NCBI GenBank assembly: GCA_963706285.1
Contig: CAVPLU010000013.1
Span: 96,001 to 160,000, forward strand
Length of the DNA: 64,000 nucleotides
Source: Candidatus Bathyarchaeota archaeon
GTDB taxonomy: Archaea; Thermoproteota; Bathyarchaeia; 40CM-2-53-6
Direction: 5' to 3'
Part shown: one piece after another, positions 51,744-63,285 of the stretch
How positions within the stretch are numbered: the stretch's first letter is position 1
Layout of the letters: every line of letters begins with the position of its first letter
Made by a program: the position numbers and the translations under genes
The notes under the pieces: model-generated
What the model was told of the DNA's origin: nothing
Database searches by the model: none
What the model saw: the letters and a program-made list of their open reading frames with translations, nothing else

Positions 51744-52222
51744 GTGCCCTACACGCTCGAAGATCTCACTCGTCTTACTGTAAAACGGAATTTCTGCATA
51801 CTTGCAACCCATGGGCTTTACGGGCCTCATATGGCTGGCGTTTGTTACTTACTCGCGATCTTGACCTCTACATTCCAACTAGCGCAAATACGTCTAAAGC
51901 TCGTAACATCCGGCGCATCCAGAGGGTAGCAGTTCACATTCCTGTGCCTTGGCCAAGGATACCTGCTCCACAATTCAGTTTCGAGGAAATGCTGAGATCC
52001 TGCCCATTAGCGATGCCAACGCCAATGGAGGCAATCGATCGAGCATCTCGTGCTATGCGTGGCGTCTTTCGTCGTCTTATTGAAAACGTCGACACACAGA
52101 AGTGGGGAGAGATTATCTGGATACATGTTCGCCCCAGAAAGCGCATCGAGACTTCCATGATCGGTGTACCCTTGACAATCATCTTCCTGACGAGGAAAAG
52201 GCCATGCTCCATTTCGACGTAA
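51744..52222 (+). CDS. Pyridoxamine-5'-phosphate oxidase-like split-barrel protein (frameshifted; end uncertain)
   Basis: FCILAT...PH, LYIPT...SKARNIRR..RVAV. Confidence 0.6.
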
Positions 52223-52269
52223 CGTGGATTGTTAGAACAGGGTGCCGTCAGAATTACGTTGAAATGAGG

Positions 52270-53254
52270 TCAAACGTACGCTTTCTTGAAGTACCTGTAC
52301 TCGGCTACTTTCTTTGCGTCATCGATGGCTCTCGCTGTTACAAGTGCCTCATCGGCACTGCATAGCGGCGCGATCACCGATCCTTTCTTGACAGATTCCG
52401 CAAAGCGTTGAAGCATGATGTTGATGGGTTCCTCCCTCGGAAGCTCAAAGGTCGTCTCCACATTCCTTGAGAGCTGTTCGAGATCCTCGAAACTTTGGGG
52501 CCTCTTGCGAAGTTTAGGTGGAGGAAACCCAATCTTAAGGGCGGCGGGGGTGTACGTAACCTCATAGTACTCCTGGTCGGTGTCAAGTTCGAGACGACGT
52601 CTACGTATGTTCGTGCGCCGAACCTCGACGTTCGATCTCGTATTTCCGTAGTCAAGTTCGACCATGCATTCGTACTCTGGTTTTCCTTCTTGCTCAGTCG
52701 TCAGAATTGCGCTCCTGACTCTAGGCTCTGCACGGAAGAGATGGTAAGCCATGTCAATACTGTGGGAACCCAAATCTAGGAGCACCCCTGCGCCATCGGT
52801 CGATGATGGAGCCATGCCAATACGGATCTCTCTCGATCTCACAACATCCTTGAGATCGGCGATTTCACGTAGCTTCACAATCGCGGGGTTCACACGCTCG
52901 ACGTAACCCACGATCACCAGCCTTCCCGATCGTTTCTGAGCTTCAACAATCTGGAGACTCTGGCCAATGGTCGCTCCCATTGGTTTCTCGACGAAGATAT
53001 CAAGACCATGTTCAAGGGCACTCACCGCAATCTTCGCATGACTTGAAGGCCACGTCGCGACCACAAGGACGGAGAGATCAAGCTTGAGGAGAGCGTCGAG
53101 ATCTGTGAAGGTTCGGAAGGGTGCTTCACTCAATTGAGCTGGATTTGAGTCATAGACACCCTCGAACTTTGAATCCAAGCTCGGCGAGTTTGCGTGCAAT
53201 GAGCTTTCCTCTGCCCCCGAAACCTGCGATTCCGAAACTCTCCACACGTTTCAC
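52270..53254 (-). CDS. Gfo/Idh/MocA oxidoreductase (frameshift near 53160)
   Basis: GIAGFGGRG, FVEKP, VGYVERVNP, GVLLDLGSHSID. Confidence 0.88.
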
Positions 53255-53409
53255 CCATCGCTGTTGACTGTGCAACGCCACCTAAAGATATGGCGTGCGC
53301 TTCAGTCGGCTCAACGGGCAAAGATCACCTCACGCCACCCACGGGGCGAGTACAATGTGTCCGCCATTTGAGCAAGTGTTTTCTGTGTACTCAGGCATCA
53401 TTCAAAGAC

Positions 53410-53661
53410 ATGGCCCCAGTGAAACCTCTGGTTTCGTACCTACTGCTATTGGTCGATGTTGGCAGGGAGCATAGCGTCGCGAAGGAGCTGCGGAGACTTC
53501 CCGGCGTCACAGAAGCGCAAGTTGTCTATGGAGAATTTGACGTCGTGGCCAGAATTGAACTAGGCGAGGTCGCACTTATGGATGAGACAATAACCATGGC
53601 TCGCAAGCTGCCGGGGGTCACAAGGACTTCAACTCTAATCTCTTCGGGGATCCAGATCTAG
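53410..53661 (+). CDS. Stand-alone Lrp/AsnC ligand-binding domain protein
   Basis: VYGEFDVVARI, GVTRTSTLI. Confidence 0.82.
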   Translation: MAPVKPLVSYLLLLVDVGREHSVAKELRRLPGVTEAQVVYGEFDVVARIELGEVALMDETITMARKLPGVTRTSTLISSGIQI

Positions 53662-53809
53662 AAATCCACTCTCATTGCGGGCCAGGGAACGTATAGGTTC
53701 TGGTTCGAGTCTGCACCTTGTGATATCGAAACGTCCGCCGCCTAGCTATTTCTGCTAGATGACAGAGAGACCACATACCCACGTTTGGCCGGTAGAGCAC
53801 CGTCTTCGG

Positions 53810-54211
53810 CTAAAGATACTTCTTCAGGACCGCTTCAATTTGCTCTTTCGGCACGGCACCAATTATCCGTTCGGCCTCGACTCCATTCTTGATGATCAAG
53901 ATCGTCGGTATGCTTTGTATATTATACTTCATTGCAGTTGACGGATTCTCGTCCACATTCAGTTTCGCGAAAGTCATCGCTGAACCATACTCTCTGGCCA
54001 ATTCCTCCACAATAGGCGCTATCATCCGACACGGGTAGCACCAAGCAGCCCAACAGTCCACCGCGACAATTGGATTTGCCTTTATTGTCGTGTCGAAATT
54101 GGCGTCAGTAATCTCGATTGGGTCTCGCTTTGGGGCCGACGGTTGGGGCTTGTCGGAACGGCTCATCATCTCACTGATCTTTCGGGTTCTTATCCGCTCC
54201 AGTTCATCCAT
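53810..54211 (-). CDS. trxA: Thioredoxin
   Basis: WAAWCYPCRMIAP, KLNVDEN, SIPT. Confidence 0.92.
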   Translation of the reverse strand: MDELERIRTRKISEMMSRSDKPQPSAPKRDPIEITDANFDTTIKANPIVAVDCWAAWCYPCRMIAPIVEELAREYGSAMTFAKLNVDENPSTAMKYNIQSIPTILIIKNGVEAERIIGAVPKEQIEAVLKKYL

Positions 54212-54324
54212 CGTGTGACGCACGGCATCAACCGGAAATGCAGGCACTGATATTAGGGTGACTATCTCCGTAAGATCAAACGAACAGCGTCCCTTCTTTG
54301 ATGGTCAAAATTCATGGATGTCGA

Positions 54325-55653
54325 CTAAGTGCTCTCGTAAGCTCCAGCAAGCGACCGCAGCTTTCCGACAGGTCTCGTGAGCATTGCGCGTTGATTCTTG
54401 GCAGACTGGGTTGAACGCGAAAACGAAGTGGATACCTGTGGAGCGGTGCCGTTCTGGGAAACGGATTCTCCGAGGCTCTTGGTGAGACTACGAAAGAGGT
54501 TCCTGGTTTGTTCCGGATATATCGTTTTGATGAACAGGGCTAGCCAGATTAGTTGCCGGCCTGCTGCAAACCATTGCACTGGACTGGTGGGAGCAAGGGG
54601 ATTTCCCAGGTTCAACGGAGAGCTGAACCATAGTACGATTACTAGTGCGTTCATTATTTCGGCGAGATAGATTATCGGCAATGAGATTGTTGGTATGAGA
54701 ACATAGAATGGGAGGAGTATGAGAGCCATTTGAGGTGTGACGACGTAGCTGCCCACAAGCCACGCTATATTCATGAGGAAAGAGCGTTCGATTACTCGAG
54801 TTGGACGATCCTTGTATTGTTTCTTGAGTGTGCCTGTGACGCCCTTGTAGACGAGGTAGAGAAGAACTGCCAGGGCTAGATAGTGGGCATTTGGATCCAT
54901 TTGATTGAAGATGAAGATAAGCCAGGAATCCTCTATCCCCCATCCTGCATGATATGTCCATGTTTCAAACCAGCCTGGGAAGTTCGCTAGAATGAAGGGA
55001 AGATTGAGCAACGCGAAAACAGCGACTGGCGCGAGGAGAGCTTTCAATCTGCCCTTCCAGTTGCTTTCCTCAAGCATGTATACTGGAATCAACATACATG
55101 GGTAGAGCTTCGCTGCTATTCCGAATCCCAGACTAAGCGCTGATTTCGTCTTGTCACCTTTCAGATGATAATAGATTGACAGAGTGGCGAAGAAGATTGC
55201 AATTATGTCCCAGTTGTAGACTGTGAACATTAGAAAAGACGGGGCAATTAGGAAGGCCTTCCAGATCCTTCCTTTCTCGACCCCGAGGAGACGAACCATC
55301 TTGTACGTGACTATGATTGTTCCAATGGCAAAAAGGTAGAGCACGCCGTCCATCGCTAGAACGTAGCAGTTAAGCGCGGTGGAGAAATCCGGGACATAGA
55401 GTCGTACTGAGGAAGTAACATACACTAGGAAACCAACGAGCACGGGATATTCGAACATGAACTGATAGTACGGTATCAGATGTGGGCCAGTTCCAATCCC
55501 GTTGCGCCAGAAGACGCTCGCTATGTCGGTGTAGTGATTTGGAACAACCGCCGGCAGGTGTTCCCACACGCCAACTAGGAAAACCATCGTCGCGGCGGCC
55601 AGTATCTCGATCAGCTCACGCTGAGATCCATTCCCTGCGCTTTGCCGATCCAT
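54325..55653 (-). CDS. GT87/DUF2029-like membrane glycosyltransferase
   Basis: EYP, YNWDI, AKLYP, TPQ; polytopic. Confidence 0.78.
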   Translation of the reverse strand: MDRQSAGNGSQRELIEILAAATMVFLVGVWEHLPAVVPNHYTDIASVFWRNGIGTGPHLIPYYQFMFEYPVLVGFLVYVTSSVRLYVPDFSTALNCYVLAMDGVLYLFAIGTIIVTYKMVRLLGVEKGRIWKAFLIAPSFLMFTVYNWDIIAIFFATLSIYYHLKGDKTKSALSLGFGIAAKLYPCMLIPVYMLEESNWKGRLKALLAPVAVFALLNLPFILANFPGWFETWTYHAGWGIEDSWLIFIFNQMDPNAHYLALAVLLYLVYKGVTGTLKKQYKDRPTRVIERSFLMNIAWLVGSYVVTPQMALILLPFYVLIPTISLPIIYLAEIMNALVIVLWFSSPLNLGNPLAPTSPVQWFAAGRQLIWLALFIKTIYPEQTRNLFRSLTKSLGESVSQNGTAPQVSTSFSRSTQSAKNQRAMLTRPVGKLRSLAGAYEST

Positions 55654-55862
55654 GCCTCTTAACCCGGCTCTAAACGAATGATGAAAAGGTGTAAGATTTT
55701 CCATATCTGTCTGTTGGTTCTCGCTGATCGATTATGAACTCCAACAAAACCTGAATAACCTGACAACGGGAGAACGCACGCCATTCCGCGAGCCATCAAT
55801 CAGGAAGTACGATTCGACAGCTCGTTTGAGCTCTCACGAGAGCGATCTGCCAAGGGCCTGCT

Positions 55863-56423
55863 TCAGGCGTATGATATTAGGGCCTTTTCTTCAAGAGTCT
55901 TCTGCAATATTCCGATGGCTCTGTTGACTTCCGCCTCCTTCTTCGCACCTGTACAAACGAGTTTGCCGCTTGCAAAGAGGAGAATGACAACTTTCGGGTC
56001 GACCATTCTGTAGATCAAACCCGGAAACTGCTCGGGCTCGTACATCGTTTTCTGCAGCGAATATGTTGATTTCTCGAGGTCGATACTGCCGCCGAGTCCG
56101 GCGGAAGCGACAATGTTCTGGATTTGGGTTTCCGGTTTTCCTAAGATGACTATTCCATTTCTCTTGAGCTCGTCGACGACTTTTGTAACTGCCTTCCTTG
56201 CCTGCCTTTCAGACTTCGCTCCAGTGCAAACCATCTTCCCAGAACTGAAGATTAACGTCGCAGTCTTCGGCTTCTTGAGACGATACACAAGTCCAGGGAA
56301 CTGTTCAGGCCTGTACTCGACTCCTGGAAACACTCGCACGATCGAGTTCAGGTCTATGTTCTGTTTCAGTGTTGCTGACGCGACGACGTTCTCTATGTTG
56401 ATGAATTCTTTCCCTTTGGGCAA
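55863..56423 (-). CDS. tbp: TATA-box-binding protein
   Basis: Two repeats ENVVAS/QNIVAS, Y.PEQFPGL, GK.VCTGAK. Confidence 0.97.
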   Translation of the reverse strand: MPKGKEFINIENVVASATLKQNIDLNSIVRVFPGVEYRPEQFPGLVYRLKKPKTATLIFSSGKMVCTGAKSERQARKAVTKVVDELKRNGIVILGKPETQIQNIVASAGLGGSIDLEKSTYSLQKTMYEPEQFPGLIYRMVDPKVVILLFASGKLVCTGAKKEAEVNRAIGILQKTLEEKALISYA

Positions 56424-56529
56424 AGGGCGTCGACTCCAGCGCTATTTAAAGGCGATTTATAAAGGAAGATTATATAAACACGCCTCAGCCCCCAGCGACT
56501 TTCTCAACTTGGACCGATCGCGACATGAC

Positions 56530-57123
56530 CTACTCATGAATTGAATTCGACAATTGGCTCCGCGACCTGCTGCTCTTTCTTGAATCGTAGTACTCGAAGA
56601 CAATCATGAGAAAGATCAGGAATGCTATCAGAATGATACCCAAGGGGCCCTGAAGCGCCAAAGTGACATATCCGACATACGGGATCTTCGTAACTAGGAC
56701 TCCTTTCACGTTGGCCTCGGGAACGCCTGGCGACCAAGGATCTGCTGCCGAATTGTGATCCCCCTTCGTTTGAAAGTACAACGTGTTCCCTTCCTTGACT
56801 ATTCCGATTACTCGATGTATGATGTCAATCGAACCGCTTGGGCTTCTGAAAATGATGATTGTACCGACCGTTATCGTACTCGGGTCTACACCTTTGACGA
56901 TCACTATGTCGCCTACGTTTAGTGTGGGCACCATGCTTGTGCTTGGGACCACCATTATCGGTGATTCTGTCTTCATTGCAACTCTCGCAACAGCCATTCC
57001 ACCATACGTGATTAGGAAGACCAGTCCTACTAGGATTGCAACACGAGCGATCGGATTCTTCTTGATGATGACGAGAATGTGACTCAGTGTGCTAGGCCCC
57101 GCAACTTTCGGGCCTCCTGTCAA
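56530..57123 (-). CDS. Signal peptidase I (Sec11 type)
   Basis: STSMVP, GDI, IIHRV, TKGDHN. Confidence 0.9.
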   Translation of the reverse strand: MTGGPKVAGPSTLSHILVIIKKNPIARVAILVGLVFLITYGGMAVARVAMKTESPIMVVPSTSMVPTLNVGDIVIVKGVDPSTITVGTIIIFRSPSGSIDIIHRVIGIVKEGNTLYFQTKGDHNSAADPWSPGVPEANVKGVLVTKIPYVGYVTLALQGPLGIILIAFLIFLMIVFEYYDSRKSSRSRSQLSNSIHE

Positions 57124-57184
57124 AGCGTCCCTTAGATATCAGTTTCGCCCTGAGAATGCAGCGCTGCTAGAAAACCCTTCATCA

Positions 57185-57526
57185 TCAATGTAGTTCGTCC
57201 TGCATGGTTTGGATTAGCTTCACAAGTTCCGCAGTCATCCTTTCGCCTGCTGAAAGGAATTCAAGACCGTTTTGCGTGATTTGATATATCCTTCTCCCGC
57301 GTCCTTTCTCGGATTCCCAGACACCTTCGATTCTGCCGCTGTCCTCAAGCGAGTGCAGCAATGGGTACAATGTTCCGGCACTAAGATAGACTTTGAACCT
57401 GTCTCGTATGGCCATGTTGATCTCGTATCCCCAACGAGGTTTCGCTTTGAGAAGGCGGAGTATGATCAAGTCTAGGTTGGCCTTAACCGAACGTTCCCTC
57501 CAAGCTTTCTCAACATCTCTGGCCAT
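57185..57526 (-). CDS. PadR-family regulator
   Basis: WGYEI, SAGTLYPLL, RRIYQIT..G. Confidence 0.9.
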   Translation of the reverse strand: MARDVEKAWRERSVKANLDLIILRLLKAKPRWGYEINMAIRDRFKVYLSAGTLYPLLHSLEDSGRIEGVWESEKGRGRRIYQITQNGLEFLSAGERMTAELVKLIQTMQDELH

Positions 57527-57682
57527 CTGGAAGAACTCCGCATCGAGTCAACTGAGACGTTTGTGCAATTGGTGGATGACCGTAAGTGGCTCGCGCATAT
57601 ATTTGAGTTGAGGCCCTCGGTGACCTGACACTTCGACTAGCAACTCTATAATAGCACACAATCAGACGCGATAGCGTGCAAT

Positions 57683-58793
57683 ATGTTCCGGCTCACCCAT
57701 CTGAATCCGAGTGATCAGGATGAGATGCACGAGAGACTCTCTTGGTATGAGAAGGTCTCAAGGAACCTTCGCCCCGCAAAATACCAAATTGCCAGACGGG
57801 TGGCATGTGACATTGATTTGGACAAAGCGCCTGACGAAATACTATGGAAAGAACACAAACGCCTCAGTGAGGCGGCCCGTACCCTGTTGAATGCACTGGA
57901 CTCAGAGAAACGCACTCTTGCGGAAACACCCCTAGCCCGGATCAGTTACCTGGATCTAAAGGTGAAACTGCTTAGACAAATGATCCGCCGATGCGTGTTC
58001 TGCGAATGGAGGTGCGAAGTCGACCGCGTCTCTGGAATGAAGAAGGGTGCGTGCAAACTCGATAGCACGAGTCGGGTGAGCACTTGGTTTCCTCATTTTG
58101 GCGAAGAACCACCACTGGTAGGTCGAGGCGGATCGGGCACGATATTCTTCAGTTCATGCACATTCAGGTGCGCATTCTGTCAAAACTGGGACATATCCCA
58201 AGATCCATTGAGTGGGGCACCTGTCGATTCTGGACAGTTGGCACTCATCATAAGAAGTCTCAGCGCGGACGGAGTCTTGAATGTCAACTTTGTCGGAGGA
58301 GACCCCACTCCAAACCTGCACACCATAGTCGAAGCGATGAACCAGCTCGACTTGAACGTACCTATGCTATGGAATAGTAACATGTACTGCTCCCAGGAGA
58401 CGATGCAGCATACTTGCAGATCTCATAGACATATGGTTGCCCGACTTCAAGTACGGGAACGACACGTGTGCCATCAGACTTTCCAAGGCCCCGCGATATC
58501 TCGAAGTTGTTGCCAGAAACCATGAATTCGCACAACTGAATGGAGACATGATCATTCGACACCTCGTGATGCCGAAACATTTTGAATGTTGCACCAAACC
58601 CGTTCTTCGTTGGGTGTCGGAGCATTGTCCGCGGGCGCTCGTGAACATAATGGGGCAATACCGTCCCGACTACAAGGTTTCGACTGAGCGCTCCAATTAC
58701 TCGGAGATCACGAGGAGACCAACTGCCGAGGAGATGAGAGCTGCCTACGAATACGCCGACGCTGTCGGTCTAGTGTATTCGCCAGTATCGTAG
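57683..58793 (+). CDS. PflX-like radical SAM protein (frameshift near 58415)
   Basis: HFGEEP, SGTIFF, CTFRCAFCQN, GGDPTP, PDFKYGND, NIMGQYRP. Confidence 0.88.
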
Positions 58794-58803
58794 GATGCGG
58801 GAA

Positions 58804-59370
58804 CTATTTCGTAGCGTATTTTGCGACTGCTTCCTTGAAGATGTCTCTTCCAGTTACGTCGTTCGCTACTATCGCCGGAAAATCGCGAACCGTTAAGCGT
58901 CGAATCGCCTCGGTCCCAAGATCCTCGAAGGCAATCAATTCAGACTTCACGACTTGTCTACCGAGCAGCGCACCAGTCCCGCCGATTGCTACCAGATAGA
59001 CAGCTTTGAATTTCTTCATAGCGTCGATTACTTCGGGGGCTCTTGGGCCTTTGCCTATAGTCGCTTTCAGGCCAAGCTCGACGAGCCTGGGAGTGTAAGG
59101 GTCCATTCGATACGATGTAGTTGGGCCAGCTGCTCCAATGGGTCTTCCCGGACGCGGCGGCGTCGGTCCCACATAGTATATGACTTCGCCTTTCAGCGAA
59201 AATGGAAGATCCTTCTTTGTTTCAATGAGCTCGAAAAGTCGCTTATGCGCTGCATCGCGTGCAGTGTAGATTGCGCCATCAATGAGGACTTTGTCACCAA
59301 TCTGAAGACTGGACACGTCTGAGTCGTTCAGAGGAGGTTTCAACTTGATTGTTCTAACCGGTTCAGACAT
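58804..59370 (-). CDS. Fe-S hydro-lyase (class I fumarase/tartrate dehydratase) beta subunit
   Basis: YTARDAAHKR, GPTTSYRMD, IGKG, DLGTEAI. Confidence 0.92.
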   Translation of the reverse strand: MSEPVRTIKLKPPLNDSDVSSLQIGDKVLIDGAIYTARDAAHKRLFELIETKKDLPFSLKGEVIYYVGPTPPRPGRPIGAAGPTTSYRMDPYTPRLVELGLKATIGKGPRAPEVIDAMKKFKAVYLVAIGGTGALLGRQVVKSELIAFEDLGTEAIRRLTVRDFPAIVANDVTGRDIFKEAVAKYATK

Positions 59371-59383
59371 CGCAATCTCCTCC

Positions 59384-60226
59384 TTACAGGACCACTGTCT
59401 TCTGTCTATGTGCGTGACAGTCCATGTTGACTGCAACAGGCAGGCTTGTGATGTGACAGGGCAGGGTCTCAATATGAACCTCGATGGCCGTGGTTCTTCC
59501 GCCTAGTCCCATTGGGCCTATCCCAAGTTTGTTGATCTCACTGAGCAGTTCCGCCTCAAGTTGTGCGTAGAAGGGATCCGGATGCGGCTCACCAACTTCT
59601 CTCAGAAGAGCCTTTTTCGCAATCATGCAACATTGATCGAATGTTCCTCCGAGACCGACCCCGACGAGAACAGGGGGGCACGGGTTACCACCTGCATTCT
59701 TGATTGTACTCACAACGAACTTTTCCACACCTTTCACCCCGTCTGCAGGAGTCAGCATCTTGAAGGCGCTCATGTTTTCGCATCCTCCGCCCTTCGCCAA
59801 GAACGATAGCTTCAGCTTGTCACCTGGGACGAGCCACAATGTGACCATCGCCGGCGTGTTGTTGCCGGTGTTCTTCCGTCTCAGAGGATCCGCAACTATC
59901 GAGAACCGAAGGTATCCCTCACGATACCCATCAGCCACGCCCTTGTTTATCGCGTCGATAAGGCTTCCGCCTTCGACGTGAACATCCTGACCTATCTCGA
60001 CAAAAAAGACTGCGTCCCCAGTGTCCTGGCAAATCGGGTAGCCTTCTTCACGGGCGATTCGTGAATTATCGACCAGCTGCTGGAGGACCTCTTTGCCAAG
60101 CGGCGATGTTTCCGCCTGCTGAGCTGATTTGAACTTCTCCACCATTTTGTCACTGAGGTTGTAGGTTGCCTCTATGCACATGCGTTTCGTTTGTTCGGCG
60201 ATGTCCTCGAACTTAATTGTCTTCAT
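59384..60226 (-). CDS. Fe-S hydro-lyase (class I fumarase/tartrate dehydratase) alpha subunit
   Basis: PICQDTG, KGGGCEN, GNPCPP, GIGPMGLGG, CHA.R. Confidence 0.92.
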   Translation of the reverse strand: MKTIKFEDIAEQTKRMCIEATYNLSDKMVEKFKSAQQAETSPLGKEVLQQLVDNSRIAREEGYPICQDTGDAVFFVEIGQDVHVEGGSLIDAINKGVADGYREGYLRFSIVADPLRRKNTGNNTPAMVTLWLVPGDKLKLSFLAKGGGCENMSAFKMLTPADGVKGVEKFVVSTIKNAGGNPCPPVLVGVGLGGTFDQCCMIAKKALLREVGEPHPDPFYAQLEAELLSEINKLGIGPMGLGGRTTAIEVHIETLPCHITSLPVAVNMDCHAHRQKTVVL

Positions 60227-60501
60227 CTACTCACTCTCTTCGCGTGTAGGACACTTGCACGAAGTGACATCGTAGCGCTCATATCTATGATGAAGGGAAA
60301 GTGAATACAGTACTTATCTCCGCTCGAAGAATATGGTAATATTATCAGAAGGATTGGACATCCACAATCGCTTGCACTCAACCCGAACTACTAAGATGTG
60401 CCGCATGGGACTGATCCGCCGTCTAACGGTGGAGGGGCATGCAAGAAAGCCTAAAATCACGTTCTTCTCAATAACGTCGACATAGCCATTGAGGGTGTAC
60501 T

Positions 60502-61905
60502 ATGAAGGCTGAGTATGACGCAGTAGTAGTCGGAGCCGGCGTCGCAGGGTGCTTGGCTGCGACTGCACTCGGTACCCACGCGAAAGAGTCTAAAGTCCTG
60601 CTGATCGACAGGAACCCCAAGACAGAGCCTGGCAAGAAGACGCCCCTGGGGTGGATATGTGGCGATGCCATGAATGCGACTCATGCCAAGTTCGTCCATG
60701 AAAGGCTCGGGATTACCTTCGGACCGCCCGAAATTGAGAATCGTGTCGACTCGGTCGTCGTTTGTTCACCTGACAAGAAGATAAGCCACCCGATCGAAGG
60801 TTCGGGATTCCTACTGGATAGACCGAAGTTTGCACGCCGCTTGCTAAATGAGGCCCTCGGAGCCGGAATCGAGTACCAAGATAAGACTCAGGCAGTGGGT
60901 CTCTTGACTGAAGGCGACTCCGTTACAGGGGTCGTCTGTCAAATTCAAGAAGGCAGCCAGACACAATCACGCAAGATTCCCTCAAGACTTGTGATAGATG
61001 CATCAGGGATGTCAACGGTACTTAGACGGAATCTCGGCATTCGAAGCTACATCGAGAAAGAGTTACACAAAGATGATGTAGAACCAACGATTCGCATGAA
61101 TGCTCGACTTGCCGATGACTCAAAAGTTGACACGTCTCGATGCGAGATATACTTGGATTCAGAAAAAGCCCCTGGAGGTTACCTGTGGATATTTCCAAAA
61201 TCAAGCAACAAAGTCAATCTGGGTCTCGGTGTCCAGCAGAGGCGGTCCGACAAACCCCTCGATACCTTGCTCAAAGAATGGATCGCTGATACGCCTGTCC
61301 TTAGAGGCTTGACACCACTCACAGATGACGGCAACGCGCCCGGAGCATGGCCGGTCTCGGTTCGACATCAGAACGATAGCTTGGTCGCAAATGGATTCAT
61401 GATAGTGGGAGACGCCGGTTGGTTTCCGAACCCCATAAGCGCCGGCGGAATAGGGCCAGCCATGACCGGCGGGGTGATAGCAGGCGAAGTCGCGGCTGCC
61501 GCGCTGCAGAGCGGCGACGTCAGCGAAGCAAACTTGTGGGAGTACAATACGAGATACGTTGAGGAGTATGGAAACAAGACTGCCGCGCTTGAGGCGTTCA
61601 GAATCTACCTGCAGACTTTGGACAATTCCGAACTCAACTATGGGCTGCGCAATTTTGTGACCAACAAGGAGGCGGTTGCCTTCACTTTTGGTGAGATTCC
61701 TGAAATGAGCTTCGCTGATAAGATCGTGAAAGTGGCCCTTGGCCTGGGCAAATTGACTGCCTTCCGAAACCTCGTGTTTTCAGTCTCAAAGATGAACGCG
61801 CTCAATCGGCTGTACAGCGAATACCCGAAGACGCCGTCCAATTTCAGCGAATGGAAGAAGAAAGCGGACGCACTCCTTAATGAGGTCAGAGCCAGGTTTC
61901 GGTAA
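60502..61905 (+). CDS. Geranylgeranyl reductase family FAD-dependent oxidoreductase
   Basis: GAGVAG, ICGDA, PGGYLWIFPK, VGDA, NPISAGGI. Confidence 0.88.
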   Translation: MKAEYDAVVVGAGVAGCLAATALGTHAKESKVLLIDRNPKTEPGKKTPLGWICGDAMNATHAKFVHERLGITFGPPEIENRVDSVVVCSPDKKISHPIEGSGFLLDRPKFARRLLNEALGAGIEYQDKTQAVGLLTEGDSVTGVVCQIQEGSQTQSRKIPSRLVIDASGMSTVLRRNLGIRSYIEKELHKDDVEPTIRMNARLADDSKVDTSRCEIYLDSEKAPGGYLWIFPKSSNKVNLGLGVQQRRSDKPLDTLLKEWIADTPVLRGLTPLTDDGNAPGAWPVSVRHQNDSLVANGFMIVGDAGWFPNPISAGGIGPAMTGGVIAGEVAAAALQSGDVSEANLWEYNTRYVEEYGNKTAALEAFRIYLQTLDNSELNYGLRNFVTNKEAVAFTFGEIPEMSFADKIVKVALGLGKLTAFRNLVFSVSKMNALNRLYSEYPKTPSNFSEWKKKADALLNEVRARFR

Positions 61906-61933
61906 TATGTAGCGGGCCCACAAGCCCCATGTG

Positions 61934-62400
61934 TTAGCCATGACCAATCGAATCATGATGCGGCATCATGTTCTCGACCCAGTACGCCTTTTCAGAAGTG
62001 ACCTCCTTTTTCCATATTGGGATCTCTTTCTTCACGCGCTCCACCGCCTCTTCCAGAACGGGAAAAACGAACTTGCGCCGAGTCCCGAGAACCACAATTG
62101 TCAAGCTCTCATCTCCAACTCCGAGCCTATCGACCACATGATGGATTGAGATGTCTACGATTCCTTCCCTCTTCGCAAGATCATCTCGGAGTTCCTGCAG
62201 CTTCTGAACTGCTACCTCCTTGAAGGCTTCGTATTCAAGATACTGAACTTTGCTACTTGAAGATACGACGGGGTCATCCCTTACTATGCCGATGAACGTC
62301 GCGATTGCGCCTGCTTTAGCGGAGTCAGGCTATTTCGGATTTCACGCATGACCTGTTCGGCACTGATATCTCCGCGAGAATGGATGCCGACGGTGCCCAA
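61934..62400 (-). CDS. moaE: Molybdopterin synthase catalytic subunit MoaE (frameshifted)
   Basis: AGAIATFIGIVR, LEYEA, VERVKKEIPIWKKE. Confidence 0.85.
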
Positions 62401-62477
62401 GAATCCCACTGTGCATGACTAGATAGGCGCTGATATGAAAACATCTCTCGCCCATGACGAGTGGATTACATTTGCAA

Positions 62478-63197
62478 CTATGGAATGAGAGGAGTAACCA
62501 AGAAGAGCACCATCGCACATGCGAACGGTACAGTGAAGTTGTCGAATGGCCTAATTGGACCGATCGTCAATGCCTCGGCAACAGTACCTACAAGGGCTCC
62601 CAAGAAGCAAAGAATGAAAATCGAAAATAGATCTGCGGATGTAATTCCTGTGAACAATGCGAGAGCGTATGAGACCAGAGCTCCCAAGAAAGCGAAGACA
62701 AACATCATCGCGGAGCCTTCAAACGACTTGTCTGAAAATGGGTAAAGATGCCTATTCTTGAGCGAAGGCGTAATCGCGGATGCGGCACCGTCGCCCCATG
62801 CCATCACCATCGTTGCAGCCATTATGATTGGCTTTTGACTCCAAAGAGCGACAAGTAAGGCGCCAATCGATATGATGTAGAAAACTGGCCCGTATGAGTG
62901 TAATCGCGAGTATCGCTTCTCATCGATCATTGACTGAGTCAGGAAGCTCTGCTTGCGGAGAGCGAATGAAAGGGCAGTAATTAGCCCCATTCCGATCGGG
63001 AGCAGAAGAGGATAGATAACACTCGAGAACAAAGGCACGAAGAGGATTGAATCTCCAGCGAACAGGTGAATAGCTCTTCGCGTCGTGTAGGCGCCGAGGT
63101 TCAGTTTCCTTCTCAGAAATTCAACTGCACCTATTAGGAGAATCACAAGCACAAAAACCAGAACCGCGAGACTCAGATCAAAAAGAGAGAGTTGCAA
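62478..63197 (-). CDS. Dolichol/phytol kinase-like membrane protein
   Basis: RRAIH, GPVFY, WGDGAA, KSFEGS, DNFTVP. Confidence 0.82.
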   Translation of the reverse strand: MQLSLFDLSLAVLVFVLVILLIGAVEFLRRKLNLGAYTTRRAIHLFAGDSILFVPLFSSVIYPLLLPIGMGLITALSFALRKQSFLTQSMIDEKRYSRLHSYGPVFYIISIGALLVALWSQKPIIMAATMVMAWGDGAASAITPSLKNRHLYPFSDKSFEGSAMMFVFAFLGALVSYALALFTGITSADLFSIFILCFLGALVGTVAEALTIGPIRPFDNFTVPFACAMVLFLVTPLIP

Positions 63198-63285
63198 GGC
63201 TCAGCACATTTCTGAAGCGATATATACTATGGTGGTTCTGCTCTGAATAAATAACATGCAATGACGATTAGAGAAAACGCAGCCG

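Noticed and set aside
57139-57186. Possible C/D sRNA (ATGATGA...CTGA, minus strand); similar pairs at 9690-9742 and 55678-55727
   Set aside because: No clear C'/D' boxes or targets; they overlap stop codons or likely promoters.
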